From Eledone cirrhosa (lineage: Eukaryota): 64,000 nt of DNA. The stretch covers positions 92,442,001 to 92,506,000 of the forward strand of contig OZ024747.1 of assembly GCA_964016885.1 (NCBI GenBank), in the 5' to 3' direction. The notes beneath the pieces are model-generated. The model worked only from the letters and a program-made list of their open reading frames with translations. It did no database searches and was not told where the DNA came from. Position numbers and translations under genes: made by a program. The stretch's first letter is position 1. Each line of letters begins with the position of its first letter. This document shows, piece by piece, positions 50,853 to 64,000 of the stretch.

Positions 50853-51174
50853 TAGCGGCACTCTGTCGGGTACGACGAAGAGTGTTCCAATTGATATGAT
50901 CAAGAGAACAGCCTGCTCGCGAAATTAACGTGCAAGTGATTGAGCATTCTATAGACACGTGTACCTTTAACGTAATTCTCGAGGAGATTCAGCGTGACAT
51001 AGAATGTGACAAGACATGTACAATTAAATGTACAACTCATTTTTGCCAGCTGAGTGGACTGGAGCAACGAGAAATAAAGTGTCTTGCTGAAGGACACGGC
51101 GCGCTGCCAGAAATCAAACTCATGACCTTACGATCTTGAGTCAAATACCTTAACCACAAAGCCACTACTCTTCA

Positions 51175-52114
51175 TAATCTCAACAACATATGGACAAAAT
51201 TTGGAAGAGGTGCTAACGGCGAGGGCGAAAGATTGCCGATTAAGTGTTAAGATAATTGCTGAAGAAACGGGCACAGATAAAAATGCAGTTCCCAGAATTT
51301 TAACAGGCCATTTGGACATGCGAAAATGTTGTGCAAAATTAGTGCCCAAATACTTGTCTGTTGAGCAAAAAGCGAACTGGTTGGAAATTTGTCAGGATTT
51401 GCTGGGAAAAACTCGGAATTGTGCCAAACTTTTTGGATAAAGTAATAACAAGAGATGACTCATGTGTGTTCGAGTAAAATCCGGAGACAAAACGGTAAAG
51501 TGAGGAATGGCACACGAAAATTTCTCTTCGTCCGAAGAAAACACGCATGAACAGATTCAAGGGGAAAAGGATGATTATCATTTTTATCGACAGCCGTGGT
51601 ACCATGGTATTGTTCACAAAGAATTTTTACCTCCAGGACAGACAGTTAATCTCACCTTCTATAAAGATGTCTTGGAAAGACTTCGAAAACAGATCCAGCA
51701 AGTCTGAAAGGACATTACAGGAGATTGGGTACAGCACCACGATAATGCGCCCACTCACACAGCTCTTTCAATTAGAGAATTTCTGGCGAAGAAAAACACT
51801 CCCACTCTTCCACACCTCTCCTACAGCCTAGATCTAGCTCCGTGTGATTTCTACCGCTTCCCTAAGTTGAAATCGAAGTTGAAGGGTCATCATTTTGGGA
51901 CTGTGGAAAACATACAAAAAATTGTAACTGACAAGCTAAGGACATTCACAGAAAATGACTTCCGGTACTGTTATGATCAATGGAAAAAAAACGTTGGAAC
52001 CACTGTGTGACTTCCCAAGGGTCGAATTTTGAAGGAGAGAACTTGTAATTTTATGTACGTCTAATATGCATTTAAATAAAATATCAGTACCCTTACTTTT
52101 GGGACGTACCTCAT
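51175..52114 (+). pseudogene. Decayed mariner-family transposase with right TIR
   Basis: RLSVKIIAEETG, MRKCCAKLVPK, GIVHKEFLPPGQTVN, HHDNAPTH and YSLDLAPCDF across frames with stops and frameshifts; right end ttacttttgggacgtacctcaTA. Confidence 0.92.
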
Positions 52115-52671
52115 ACACACACACACACAGACACATATATATATATATGTGTGATTATATTTGGAGTTTACCGATAGATAGATGCTGGTAAAGATGATAG
52201 AATTTCTATGCTAATCAGTTTCCTTGATCCAGCAGTAATCCAAGTCTTAGGAAGTTCTCAGCCGTTGTAGAATCGGCTGTGTGTGGGTGTGGGTGTGTGG
52301 GTGTGTGTGTGTGTGGAGAGAGAGGAGAGACGGAAATTTATACTGCTGGCAATGGTAAACAACAGAGATTACAGAGTCGAAGGCTACCAGCCTACCAATT
52401 AAAAAATATATTTAATATTAGAACATAAATTTGAAACCTAATGATAGTTTGCCAAGATAAATTATAAAGAAGTCAGTATTTACAAGCAGTGTTTTTAGTT
52501 CTGTTGCTTTTATAGTTTATTTTGGTTATCAGGGTTAAGGCCACATTGGATTGTCACTGAAAGAAAAAGTATGTAATGAAATATATGTAGGTAAGTCATT
52601 GTGTGAGTGCATGTGGTGTCTATTTATGCATTAGAGGTTGCTTGGGGCAGACGCTTTGATTATAAGGGATT

Positions 52672-52970
52672 AGGAGGCGTCTGGCGTAGTGGTAGGGGTG
52701 TTGGACTTACGATCTTAATGTTGTGGGTTCGATTCCTGGACTGGTTTGCGTGTTGTGTCCTTGAGAAAAACACTTCATTTCACATTGCTCCAGTATACTC
52801 AGCTGAAAATGAGTACCAGCAATAGCTGGGGGGGGGGGGGGGGGGTAACCTTGCGATGGACTGGCGTCCTGTCCAGGGGTGAGTCTTGTACTCTCAGTAG
52901 CGTCACGGCAAGAAACCAGGACAAGCACTGACCTAATGAGGCTTAAATGGCTTAACACAGACTTTAGACT
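52672..52970 (+). mobile_element. Full-length tRNA-derived SINE with V-SINE-like central domain
   Basis: A box tggcgtagtgg, B box ggttcgattcc, central 'ccttgcgatggactggcgtcctgtccagggg', tail (agacttt)2. Confidence 0.75.
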
Positions 52971-54879
52971 TTATTAAAAGTAGATTTTACGAATAATATT
53001 TACTCACACATTAATATGTCAGTGAAGAAACTTCTATGCGGTCGCTTGACTTGCTAGATATAGAAGTTTAATCCACTTCAAATCCTACTCTGTTGTTTTA
53101 ATTGGGAAAGTATGTATTGTATAATATAGTCGTAGATGCACACTACCGAATGAAAAGAGTGCTTGAAGACCTTTAACTGATCTGCCAACCTCTAAACACC
53201 CAAACGGGGAGTACCATGAAAAATAACTGTCCCCAAAACAGGGAGAAATAAGTCAAAATGGGGAGATTTTACATAATGAAAGCTATACCCACTTTCACAA
53301 GAGAAGACATCTCTCACCCACCCCAAAGTGAATGGGAGATCTCTTCATCGGACGAGGAGAGTTGACAGGTCAGCATTAATATGTCAGCGAAAACACCTCT
53401 ATACAGTTGGTTGACCTGCTAGATATAGAAATCTAATCCACTTCAAATCCCACTCTGTTGTTTTGATTGGGGAAGTATGCATTGAATAATGTAGTCCTGG
53501 ATGCATACTGCCGAATGAAAAGGCTGCTTGAAGACCTTTAATCATAGATTTGCTCTAACATGGCCGATTTGTGATGAAACAACCCATTAACTTTCATCGT
53601 AGCATTTAAATTCCCCAGAATACCTGCAGGATTTTTATTGATATTTCATGTTTGAAATATCAATAAAAATTTAAATGCTCAAGCCAAAATAATTTCCTTT
53701 GTATAATTCGTTTGGTCTTAAAATCAATGTGACTCATTCCATATCACCTTGATTAAAATTTTTGTCAGTATTCGTAACACTCACCGACTTGCAGATACAT
53801 TAGATATATTTTGTTCATTGTGCAGAAAGGCTGGAAGAAGACAACACTATGAAAATAATGTAATTAGTAATAATATTCTAAGCCGGCTAACTGCGAAATT
53901 CCACTGCAAATGTACATGGAATGCATTTGAATAATAGCTGAAAAATAAAAAATAAAAATAAACGATATGAAGTAAATACCGACAATGTTGGAAGTTGTTA
54001 AGCTTCTAAATATGTTGTCACTTAGACAAAGAACCTGCATCGAGGATTATAACATTGTAATGGCATTTCATAACTTCTTAAATTAATTCAGAACTACCAA
54101 CGAATTCATGTCTTTCAAACATTCACTAAAATTTCTCATATTAAACCTCATAAAATCCTCAACAAATTTAGCTGTCCATTTATTCCATTAGTGAAGGCGA
54201 ATTCGCAACAGACAAGGGAGGATCAACAGGTAAAAATCACTTTCTGTTGAAGATTGTATCAGTGACAAGATGGAATCCAATATTGATTTCTAAACATAGT
54301 TCATGGTTGGCTCTAAGCTGGTGTCTAATATCAACAGAAGATTGTTTACTTCTGACGATGTTGCTTCAGCATTGCTAAAATTGTAATAGATTAAATCGTC
54401 GACAGAGCTAAATATATTTGTTGTAGATTTTAACAACTCGAGAGTTTAAGCTCCACTTCCTATTTACAACAAGGAAAGCCATGTTGTTAGCTTCTAGTTC
54501 TTTGGCATCCACATTCCAGAGGAACACTCATTGTTAGTCAAACAGCATCTGCTGTAGATTTGAGACCAAAGTTGGACCAACCCACCATCGTTTACTACAT
54601 GAAGACACACTCTGCAGTTATAAAAGTGGAAAGTAGTATTAGGTTGTATAGTTCAAAATTATGGTATGTCTGAAAAAAACGTCTTCTGATTACAGGCGGA
54701 GGGCCTTTCATTATAAAGATTGATTTAGGATTATACAACAACAATAACAACTTCATCCAATGACATGGGTGACCAGTTAGTTATCTGGCTCAAAGAAACT
54801 ATTTTTCAATCTTAGTCTAAAACAAGCCTGAAATCAGTGGTAAAAACATTACCAAGACAAAATGGCATATCATGACTCA

Positions 54880-55100
54880 CCATGCACATGCTCTCTCCCA
54901 TGTCAAGGAAAGTCATTGCATTTATACATTTTTCATTACATTCACCCTCTCTTGAAAAATGTCTCATAAATCCAGCCTTTCAGGTGCTTTTCTGATTCTC
55001 TGGGATCGACGCAGTTGATTCGTCTTGTTGTTCTAGTGGGTCATCTCTGTGAGGTGAGTGCCTTCGCGCCAAACAGAATTCCTTCTTCTATTACTCTCAG
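54880..55100 (-). mobile_element. Gypsy-type LTR retrotransposon 3' end (integrase tail, PPT, start of 3' LTR)
   Basis: Minus strand QLRRSQRIRKAPERLDL* (stop 54966-54964), then aagagagggtgaa|TGTAA at ~54953-54936. Confidence 0.7.
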
Positions 55101-55216
55101 ACATTATCCTTCGGAGATACCTCCATATTCTTATTAAACTTTCCAATCTTTATCTCTATTTAGAGATATATTTCAATATATAGAAATACGTGACACTGTA
55201 TTCATTTCTCAACCAG

Positions 55217-55282
<66 letters not shown>

Positions 55283-55419
55283 TTATCTATCTATCTATCT
55301 ATCTCTGTACCGTCATTAACTTTTATTTTCTTTGAATGTGAAAGTTAGAAACATCAACGATATTTGATTATGAAAAATAATCTAATAAGCTGAACACACA
55401 ACCCCTATAGATGGAGAAC

Positions 55420-56150
55420 ATTGTACAGCACCGCCCGTGGAACAGGAATCCACACCTGAAATATACCGTTTCGCCGTGCTAACTAATTTCACTAAAGCGC
55501 CATAGGCAATATTAAGCCTTATATTAATCTGTCAGGTCACTCCTGGGTGCTACTGCTAACATGTAACCCAGTACAACATGTTCCATGGTCGGGTCGCCAG
55601 CGACTAAATCGGCAACCCCGCCAGGCTGCTTGGTGAAGAGGGTGATTATTGGACATCCTGCAGAACGAAAAACAAAACCTGCCAAAAGGCGGAGGAACTC
55701 ATGTGAGTCAACGGCCATCCATTATCATGTACATATCTGGGTTGCTGTCAGGTCAGGTTTTTCCGGTTTTCCTTGATTTTCCTGCTACTGGCTACCGTTT
55801 AACCCAGTACTACTTGCCACATTGGGCCAGGTGGAGGTTGGTATCCTTGCCAGGTAGTCCATCTCGGAGAAGGAAAACTCTGAACCCAAACCTCAGCTGC
55901 CTTGAGGTGATATTCAATCATGGGAAAACTTCAGGAGTAAACCTTGTGGAAAAATCCGGAGTCGGAGCTCCTAAGGTAGTTCATCGTTGATTACAACTTC
56001 GTTCTGACAGCTTCCGCGACAGTCCCGCGGCCAAACTGTAGCAGTCTCGCTGTTCCTTTGAATCCAGCAACGTTGTGGAGAGCGGGGGACATGCTGCATG
56101 GGCAACATCATGTCCTCCAAATCACATCGCCCAGGCGACTTCATATTGAT
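55420..56150 (+). mobile_element. LINE 5' UTR-like fragment (RTE-like)
   Basis: Contains 'ggcggaggaactca...gagtcaacggccatcc' (also at 50443-50475) and 'ggagaaggaaaactctgaacccaaacc', a motif I recall from RTE-type 5' regions. Confidence 0.45.
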
Positions 56151-56197
56151 CAGGTGGTAAATATTATTTTCTTTATTTGTTAATTATTTATTTCTGA

Positions 56198-56329
<132 letters not shown>

Positions 56330-56562
56330 GCTACCAGTGGTCCTTTCAGGGTCTCTGAGACTGTTAAGCGGGAGTAAGAGTATCATTAAACCGGACTCTT
56401 AGTTCAAATGTGTGTAACAGAGTAGATTCCGCTAACAGCACCGAAAGGCCAGTTACTGATGTTAAACTGAACAGCAGATTTTTATTCACCATTTTGATGC
56501 TGACAATACTGGAGTTACATTCTCATAATTAAACAAACGTCCTCATTGTAATGAGTGAATGT

Positions 56563-57416
56563 ATACCATATACCAAGGCGACCATATACCAAGGCGACCA
56601 TATACCAAGGCGACCATATACCAAGGCGACCATATACCAAGGTGACCATATACCAAGGCGATCATATACCAAGGTGATCATATACCAAGGTGACCATATA
56701 CCAAGGCGATCATATACCAAGGTGACCATATACCAAGGCGACCATATACCAAGGCGACCATATACCAAGGCGATCATATACCAAGGCGACCATATACCAA
56801 GGTGACCATATACCAAGGCGACCATATACCAAGGCGACCATATACCAAGGCGACCATATACCAAGGCGACCATATACCAAGGCGATCATATACCAAGGCG
56901 ACCATATACCAAGGCGACCATATACCAAGGCGACCATATACCAAGGCGACCATATACCAAGGCAACCATATACCAAGGCGATCATATACCAAGGTGACCA
57001 TATACCAAGGTGACCATATACCAAGGCGACCATATACCAAGGCGACCATATACCAAGGCGACCATATACCAAGGCGACCATATACCAAGGCGACCATATA
57101 CCAAGGCGATCATATACCAAGGCGACCATATACCAAGGCGACCATATACCAAGGTGACCATATATCAAGGCGACCATATACCAAGGCGATCATATACCAA
57201 GGCGACCATTTACCAAGGCGACCATATACCAAGGCGACCATATCCCAAGGCGACCATATACCAAGGCGACCATATACCAAGGTGACCATATACCAAGGCG
57301 ACCATATACCAAGGCGACCATATACCAAGGCGACCATATACCAAGGTGACCATATACCAAGGCGATCATATACCAAGGCGACCATATACCAAGGCGACCA
57401 TATACCAAGGCGACCA
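56563..57416. repeat. 16-bp minisatellite (gaccatataccaaggc), about 53 copies
   Basis: Direct periodicity; explains all ORFs in 56529-57440. Confidence 0.97.
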
Positions 57417-57567
57417 ATTGACAGAGTCGTTAGAACGTAGGATAGAATGTTTTATGGTATTGGTTCCGACTCTCTGCTCTCTGAGTTCAAATCCCGCCGA
57501 GGTCAACTTCACCTTTCGACCTTTCGAGGTCGATAAAAATTTACCAGTCTAGTACTGGGATCGATTC

Positions 57568-57634
<67 letters not shown>

Positions 57635-58488
57635 ATGGAAGAAATCTGCTGTACTCAGGCCTGGAGAGGGATGGGCTTCGCCAGGCTTTAAAATGCACAA
57701 GAATGCCGTATGTCAATACGGTGCCCTTACATCAGGAGTTACGGGACCACACCATATACCAGTGTACGCAGTGTTTAAGGAGTTCGCTTCGCAAGTACTA
57801 GATCTCTCTGCGTGACATCTTAGACAAGTGTCATTTACCATAGCTTCAGATCGACATATACCTTGTATGTAAAACTGAGTGTTATAGAAGCTGTTTGGAA
57901 ACCAGTCGGATGGACTGTACCTATAATTTAAAGGGCCTACCTTGTAATACACTGTACCCTGCATAATCTCTCAGAGAATTATGTTAAAGGTACAGGTGTC
58001 TTTGGAATGCTCGGCCTCTTACAGGTTTATTTCACGAGCATGCTGTTCCGTTGATCGAATAATTGGATCATTAATCGTCGAAACCGGTGGAGGTCCATTC
58101 CATTCCACATTCCAATCTGCTACATCTCCTTATACTAAGTCTTTATATGCCATCTGATTTTAACCCTGCCAACAGCCAACCCGCAACTACTATATTAATT
58201 GAAAACCTGTTTTTCTCATTTAGTTTCTTTCAAAATACAGGTGACATACAACACCTGTAATAAAGAGGTTCAACTTATGAAAGAAGGCACCATATTTTCT
58301 CACAGCGAGCTTGTCTCAGCCCCGATTAGGAGATTGAGAAAGAAACCCGACACTTGCCTTAAACCCAATTTTCTTCGGTTTTAACTGAAGAATCTAAATT
58401 GATGTTTGTGCAAGTAAGCACATACAAATTCACATACATGCACTTGCATTCACGCACACACAACACACACGTATACACACAAGCACAT

Positions 58489-58519
<31 letters not shown>

Positions 58520-58561
58520 CATGCACTTGCATTCACGTACACACACACACACACACACACG

Positions 58562-58608
<47 letters not shown>

Positions 58609-58720
58609 GCATTTGCTCACGCACAATTGCACATCAAGTTCACTAATAAGCAGGCACTCATACACAAACTAGAGAGTAGAATTTCGCGTTTGTGATAGCA
58701 TATCCATTGTGTATGTTTAT

Positions 58721-58799
<79 letters not shown>

Positions 58800-58889
58800 T
58801 CTCTGTATATCCGTGTATATGAGTATTTAGCCGACAAGAAATGCTGATCTAACGAACTCTTCCCATGTCATAACAAAAATAAGGCAAAT

Positions 58890-59268
58890 GCACACTCGCA
58901 CACACCCATACACACACTCACACTCACACTCACACTCACATATGTACGTACGCACGAGCATACACATGCAGACACACAGACACACTCACGCAGGCATATG
59001 AACACACGCACGACCATACACATGCACACAGACACACACACACACACACTCACACTCACATATGCACATGTACGCACGCACGAGTATACACATGCAGGCA
59101 GACACACACACACACACACACTCTCACTCCCATATGCACAAGAACACACGCACTAGCATTCACATGCAAAAACTCATACACGCACTCACATATGCACAAG
59201 AACGCACTAACGAGCGTACACGTGCAGACACACATATATACATGTACGCACGCACGAGTATACACATG

Positions 59269-59300
<32 letters not shown>

Positions 59301-59642
59301 TATGCACATGTACGCACGCACGAGCATACACATGCAGGCAGACACACACACACACACTCTCACTCCCATATGCACAAGAACACACGCACTAGCATTCACA
59401 TGCAAAAACTCATACACGCACTCACATATGCACAAGAACGCACTAACGAGCGTACACATGCAGACACACATATATACATGTACGCACGCACGAGTATACA
59501 CATGCACACACACACACACACACACTCACTCACATATGCACATGTACGCACGCACGAGCATACACATGCAGGCAGACACACACACATGATTGCATACGTA
59601 ATCACATATACATACTCATACGTACTCACACACACACACACA
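58890..59642. repeat. Complex (CA)-rich repeat with a ~240-bp internal duplication
   Basis: 'catatgcacaagaacacacgcactagcattcacatgcaaaaactcatac' occurs at ~59131 and ~59367. Confidence 0.85.
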
Positions 59643-60225
59643 CCTAGGGCTACCTCCCTACTCACCACCATCGTCACGGAGTAGGAAACATCTGGTGTCC
59701 TTAACCCTTGGGCCACCTCCCTACTCTCTGCCATTGGTACGGAGTTGGAGAGTGAAACTGTAGTATATATGATATAATAACTTATAGTATTTAGTTTCAG
59801 TCAGATCTCACTGACATAGAAACTACCTTTCATCACTTTAGTGTTGACAAACTAAGTACTAGGTATGTGTTGGTGAATGTATTGCCTATTACTTCCCTTT
59901 TATCGGTCACTCTCCAAAACAGAGTTGCAGTCAAGCCCATAGCAGTGGAAACTTCTGGTGTCCTTGGCCCTAGGGCCACCTCCCTACTCACCACCATCGG
60001 CACAGAGTTGGCTACCTGCAGGTGTAAGCCTCGCGAGCTGGAAGGGCCCTTCCAGCGTATCTCCGTTGCCATCTTCCGGGGAAACGCATTCTCTTATCTC
60101 TCCGTCGGGGCCGCGGGGTGCCCAGCGCGTGAGCCCCCATTTGCTCATAATAGTGGGAGATGGGGAGAGCGGGAGAGACGGAGGCAGTGACAGTGGGAGT
60201 TTGGTTCTTTTGTATTCGGACCTAG
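59643..60225 (+). mobile_element. Two CRE-clade fragments (59643-59750, ~1.7 tandem 63-bp units; 59925-60225, 3' end)
   Basis: PIAVETSGVLGPRATSLLTTIGTEL...FQRISVAIFRGNAFS and 3' UTR ttcggacc followed by (TA)n. Confidence 0.85.
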
Positions 60226-60261
<36 letters not shown>

Positions 60262-60540
60262 TATATTCTCTCGTTCACGATTTCACCGAACTTAAATTCA
60301 TAGAAATCTGGGACTTGTCTCCTTCTTCCTCACTTTCTGTTGCCTCACCACCATTTTGTTTGTTTACCCTCGCGTCCCCTTTATTTACGTGTCCCAACGA
60401 CTTTTTTTAGCCGTTGCTCGCACCAACCGGAGGTATATGGTCTTTAAAGCGATGAAATGCCTATGATAGTTGGAAGATCACTGATGAAGGACAAACTTTT
60501 TTCATATGTAACCCATTTGCAACTCCGCAGCGCCCTTATT

Positions 60541-60606
<66 letters not shown>

Positions 60607-60612
<6 letters not shown>

Positions 60613-60752
60613 ATGTCCATAGAATCATTTGATAATAGGTGCCTTTTAATCTTATAGCCTGGTCTAATTGATTTTTGTGTGGTTAATTATGCTAAGTGGG
60701 AGAGGAAATGGTGTATAAATATTATCAAATGATTCTATGGACATACTTTATA
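60607..60752. repeat. Fold-back with ~31-bp arms adjoining (TA)n
   Basis: taaagtatgtccatagaatcatttgataata / tattatcaaatgattctatggacatacttta. Confidence 0.85.
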
Positions 60753-60860
60753 GTATATTGGTCATATTATTTAATTTATTAATTCATCATTGAGCCACAT
60801 CGTGAATGGTTGCCAAAACATATATATCTGTGACTTTGTCTAGTTTGTGTATATGTAAAT

Positions 60861-60929
<69 letters not shown>

Positions 60930-61380
60930 ATTTGTTGGGATTCCAACAAACTTAAAAGTTTATAACTGATATAGTGCACTCAACAAATTACTGGAGTAAA
61001 TATTCAATATATTAATAAATGGAAACTATATTTATAAAACCATAATTATTTTATTATTATATATTTCAAGGGCAACTAAACCAATTTGTTTTATAAATAG
61101 TGACATAACCATAGAAAACAACCTTGACGGTTGAAAATTCGCTGACTATTCAGCAAATGTTCAACTGTCAAGTTGCAACGTTTTTTGAAATATCCACTTC
61201 TGCGTTTCAGATTGACTTTGTTAGTTTCAGAAGATCCCGTTAAGGGTGAAAGCAGCGATTCTTTGCTTAAACTTTAATCTGTTATTTTAATAAATATTTG
61301 CTCTACGGTTCTTATGTATTTGATATATATTTATCCTTATCGAGCCCTCTTTGGATTTTAGTCTTCAAATTTATTATTAT

Positions 61381-61484
<104 letters not shown>

Positions 61485-61734
61485 CACCCTGTATATCTTT
61501 AGTATAAATATATATGTAGTTTGTAAGATTCACCGCAATAGTTTATTGTATTTATTATATGTGTTTATATTTTTATTCTGAAAGAATTGTGAACAATTTG
61601 TAATGTTATTTATACAACTGTGAATAAAATATATATCTATTGCAGCTACATAAAACAAGTAGACAGATTTTATTAATTTTATTATAGAGCAAACTTATAT
61701 GTGCAACGGTCAGGGTCAAAATAAATAAATGTGT

Positions 61735-62232
61735 GTTTACGTGTTCGTTAGTGTTTGTGTGTAAGTTAGTGAGTTTATGTGTACGTTAGTGTTTGTGTAC
61801 GTTAGTGTATGTGTACGTTAGTGTTTGTACCTTAGTGTATTTGTTTGTGCCAGTGAATTTGTGTATACCTTAGTGTGCTTGTATGGAATTTAATGTGTAG
61901 GTTAGGGTGTTTGTGTGTATGTTAGTGTGCTTTTATCTACGTTAGTGTGTAGGTTAGTGTGTTTGTGAGTAGGTTAGTGTGTTTGTGTGCTTGTATGTAC
62001 GTTAGTGTGTAGATTAGTGTGGTTGTGTGCTTGTATGTACGTTAGTGTGTGTGTGTGCTTGTATGTACGTTAGTGTGTAGATTAGTGTGGTTGTGTGCTT
62101 GTATGTACGTTAGTGTGTAGGTTAGTGTGTTTATGTGCTTGTATGTACGTTAGTGTGTAGATTAGTGTGGTTGTGTGCTTGTATGTACGTTAGTGTGTGT
62201 GTGTGCTTGTATGTACGTTAGTGTGTAGGTTG
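61735..62232. repeat. GT-rich degenerate minisatellite (gttagtgtgt-based, ~40-bp higher unit)
   Basis: Repeated 'gtacgttagtgtgtagattagtgtggttgtgtgcttgtat'. Confidence 0.85.
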
Positions 62233-63072
62233 TGTTCAGTCAAAGGAGAAAGTAGCTACATTATCATCCTTTTCCTCTAACACACGACAGAAATATTCTG
62301 ATAGAAAACCACATATAAACACAAGTACTGTACAGACAGCCTATCATCCATATTGTAGGTGTATCAATGAAATGCCATGGGTTTACGATAGTCTTGTGCA
62401 TTAACTCTGACGAAGTCTATTCCTCTCCAGGTTTGAGCACAACTGATGTCATTCGGCGAGAGAGAGGGGGGGGGAGACTTTATTTATCGACAATGAAAAG
62501 GATGAAAGGCGAAGTTGACCTCAATGGGATTTGAACTCAGGGCGCCGACAGCCAGAAGAAATACCGTGAAACAACCTATTCGACATCCTAATGACTCTGC
62601 CAATTCAATTTACCGTCTCAATGTGATCATTATGTCTTAGCGTTTAGTTACCATGCAACCGTCAACTGATTTCTATTCTAATATTTCGTATATCAATTAC
62701 GTAATTCTCAGGGAGATTCGGTATGACACAATGTGTACGATAAGGTTGACTCTTTGAATTAAAAGTAAAATCCATTCAACAGACTTCCAAACAGTTTCTG
62801 TCTACCAAATTTCATTAACAAACACAAATATCATAAGGAGGTATATATATTCGTTGTATCCATTAGGTTTCTAAATCATGAAATAGCATTATAAAGTCGA
62901 CAAATGTAGCGTCTCGTTATTTGTTGATGTTTTTAGTTTTGACTTACATTTAGCGGTTCAAAGACGAAGGGAGATAACTTTCTCAAAGCAATTGCTTCAT
63001 TTTGGTAACGAAGTTAAGGGAAATAACAAGCATTTTATTTTATTCACAGTTGTATAAATAACATTATAATTA

Positions 63073-63255
63073 TGGATTGGCAGTATCGGTAGAGGGTCGG
63101 ACGCCATGCTTTCCAGCATAGTTACGTCCCTTTACGATCTGAGTTCAAATCCCGCCGAGGTTGACTTTGCCATTCATCCTTACGGGGTCGATAAAATAAA
63201 GTACCAGTAATGCACTGAGTAATTGCTGGCCTTGTGCCTAAAGTAGAAACAATTA
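63073..63255 (+). mobile_element. SINE family A copy
   Basis: Same head, core and tail as 48115-48310. Confidence 0.85.
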
Positions 63256-64000
63256 TAATTAAGTTTTTAATATATACATTTATAACATTTAAAATAACAT
63301 AATAAATTGTTCGCAATTCGTTCAGAAGAACATTAAAAACATAATGTCGTTGATAAACACATATACATGCATAATAGAGAGAAAAAAGAAAAAGGGGGGA
63401 AGGAAAAACAAAAACTACCATCAATTCACTTCGTGTGACAATCGGCTGCTCATCACATCATAAGGGTTAACTAAACACTTTGGCAAGGCAACACGTTCGC
63501 AGCATTGCCACGGGTGATGGCGAGGCTAGGGCGCTAAAACAACCAGGAACAATGACGGGCAATACCTGATACCTCAGTAAGGTGAGTCGCCAGCGATGAT
63601 AAAAAATTTGCTGTCAGCAGCCCTACTTCACCAAATGTTTCGAACGCCACAGGCTAAATAATTACTGGCTAAATCCAGGTATTTACGAATTTTAGGGATG
63701 CAGTGACATCCCCAACACACATACACACACATTTACCGCGGCGTCCATGTTTTAAACGAGTTGCTTCCCTTATAAGCAAAATAAATTTTGTCATTCAGAA
63801 ATTTCTATGAAGAAAAGAACGTGCTTTATAACTTCCCTAACTTTAACATTCATGGCATTCGGATTTTAAAATAGTTATTGCTTAAAAATTGTATGTGTGT
63901 CTCTATTTGGGCGAGTCACCATGAACATAAAACACACATGAATATATATATATATATATATATATCAGCATCATCATCATCGTTTAACGTCTATCTTCCA

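Noticed and set aside
52672-52745. tRNA gene
   Set aside because: A/B boxes continue into a SINE body and the acceptor stem is not formed.
54984-55053. Plus-strand micro-exon (cctttcag|...GAG|gtgagt)
   Set aside because: Better explained by the minus-strand Gypsy integrase tail and polypurine tract.
56529-57440. Multiple overlapping ORFs
   Set aside because: Translation artefacts of a 16-bp minisatellite.
58241-58384. Possible plus-strand exon after tttctttcaaaatacag
   Set aside because: No partner exons or recognisable peptide; cannot be supported.
61735-62232. Interstitial telomeric repeat
   Set aside because: Only one TTAGGG; unit is gttagtgtgt-like, consistent with decayed GT microsatellite.

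Overview
AT-rich, repeat-dense eukaryotic genomic DNA. The abundant tRNA-derived SINEs (core 'gagttcaaatcccgccgaggttaactttgcctttcatcc...gtcgataaaataaagtaccagt') and (TA)n/(CA)n/(GA)n microsatellites resemble octopod cephalopod genomes; this assignment is pattern recognition, not a database result. The ORF track is almost all microsatellite or transposon noise. Manual splice reading recovers one probable minus-strand host gene (coding exons 17873-17833, 15825-15480, 8133-8032; 162 aa; coiled-coil segment, three Tyr/Pro-rich 17-aa repeats, C-terminal -SAV). The rest is mobile-element debris: Helitrons, RTE and CRE-clade LINE 3' ends, a decayed mariner, a Gypsy 3' end, and hAT/pogo/piggyBac-type MITEs. 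Many Penelope-like remnants sit in (TA)n tracts and carry minimal type I hammerhead ribozyme motifs and long fold-backs. A 16.3-kb 50/51-bp satellite with ~2.3-kb higher-order repeats dominates the centre and may derive from a Penelope GIY-YIG coding end. Smaller tandem arrays include a 63-bp in-frame amplification of a CRE endonuclease segment and a 55-bp CCAAT+TGACGTCA array. Repeat boundaries are approximate. No CRISPR array, rRNA or intact tRNA gene is supported.
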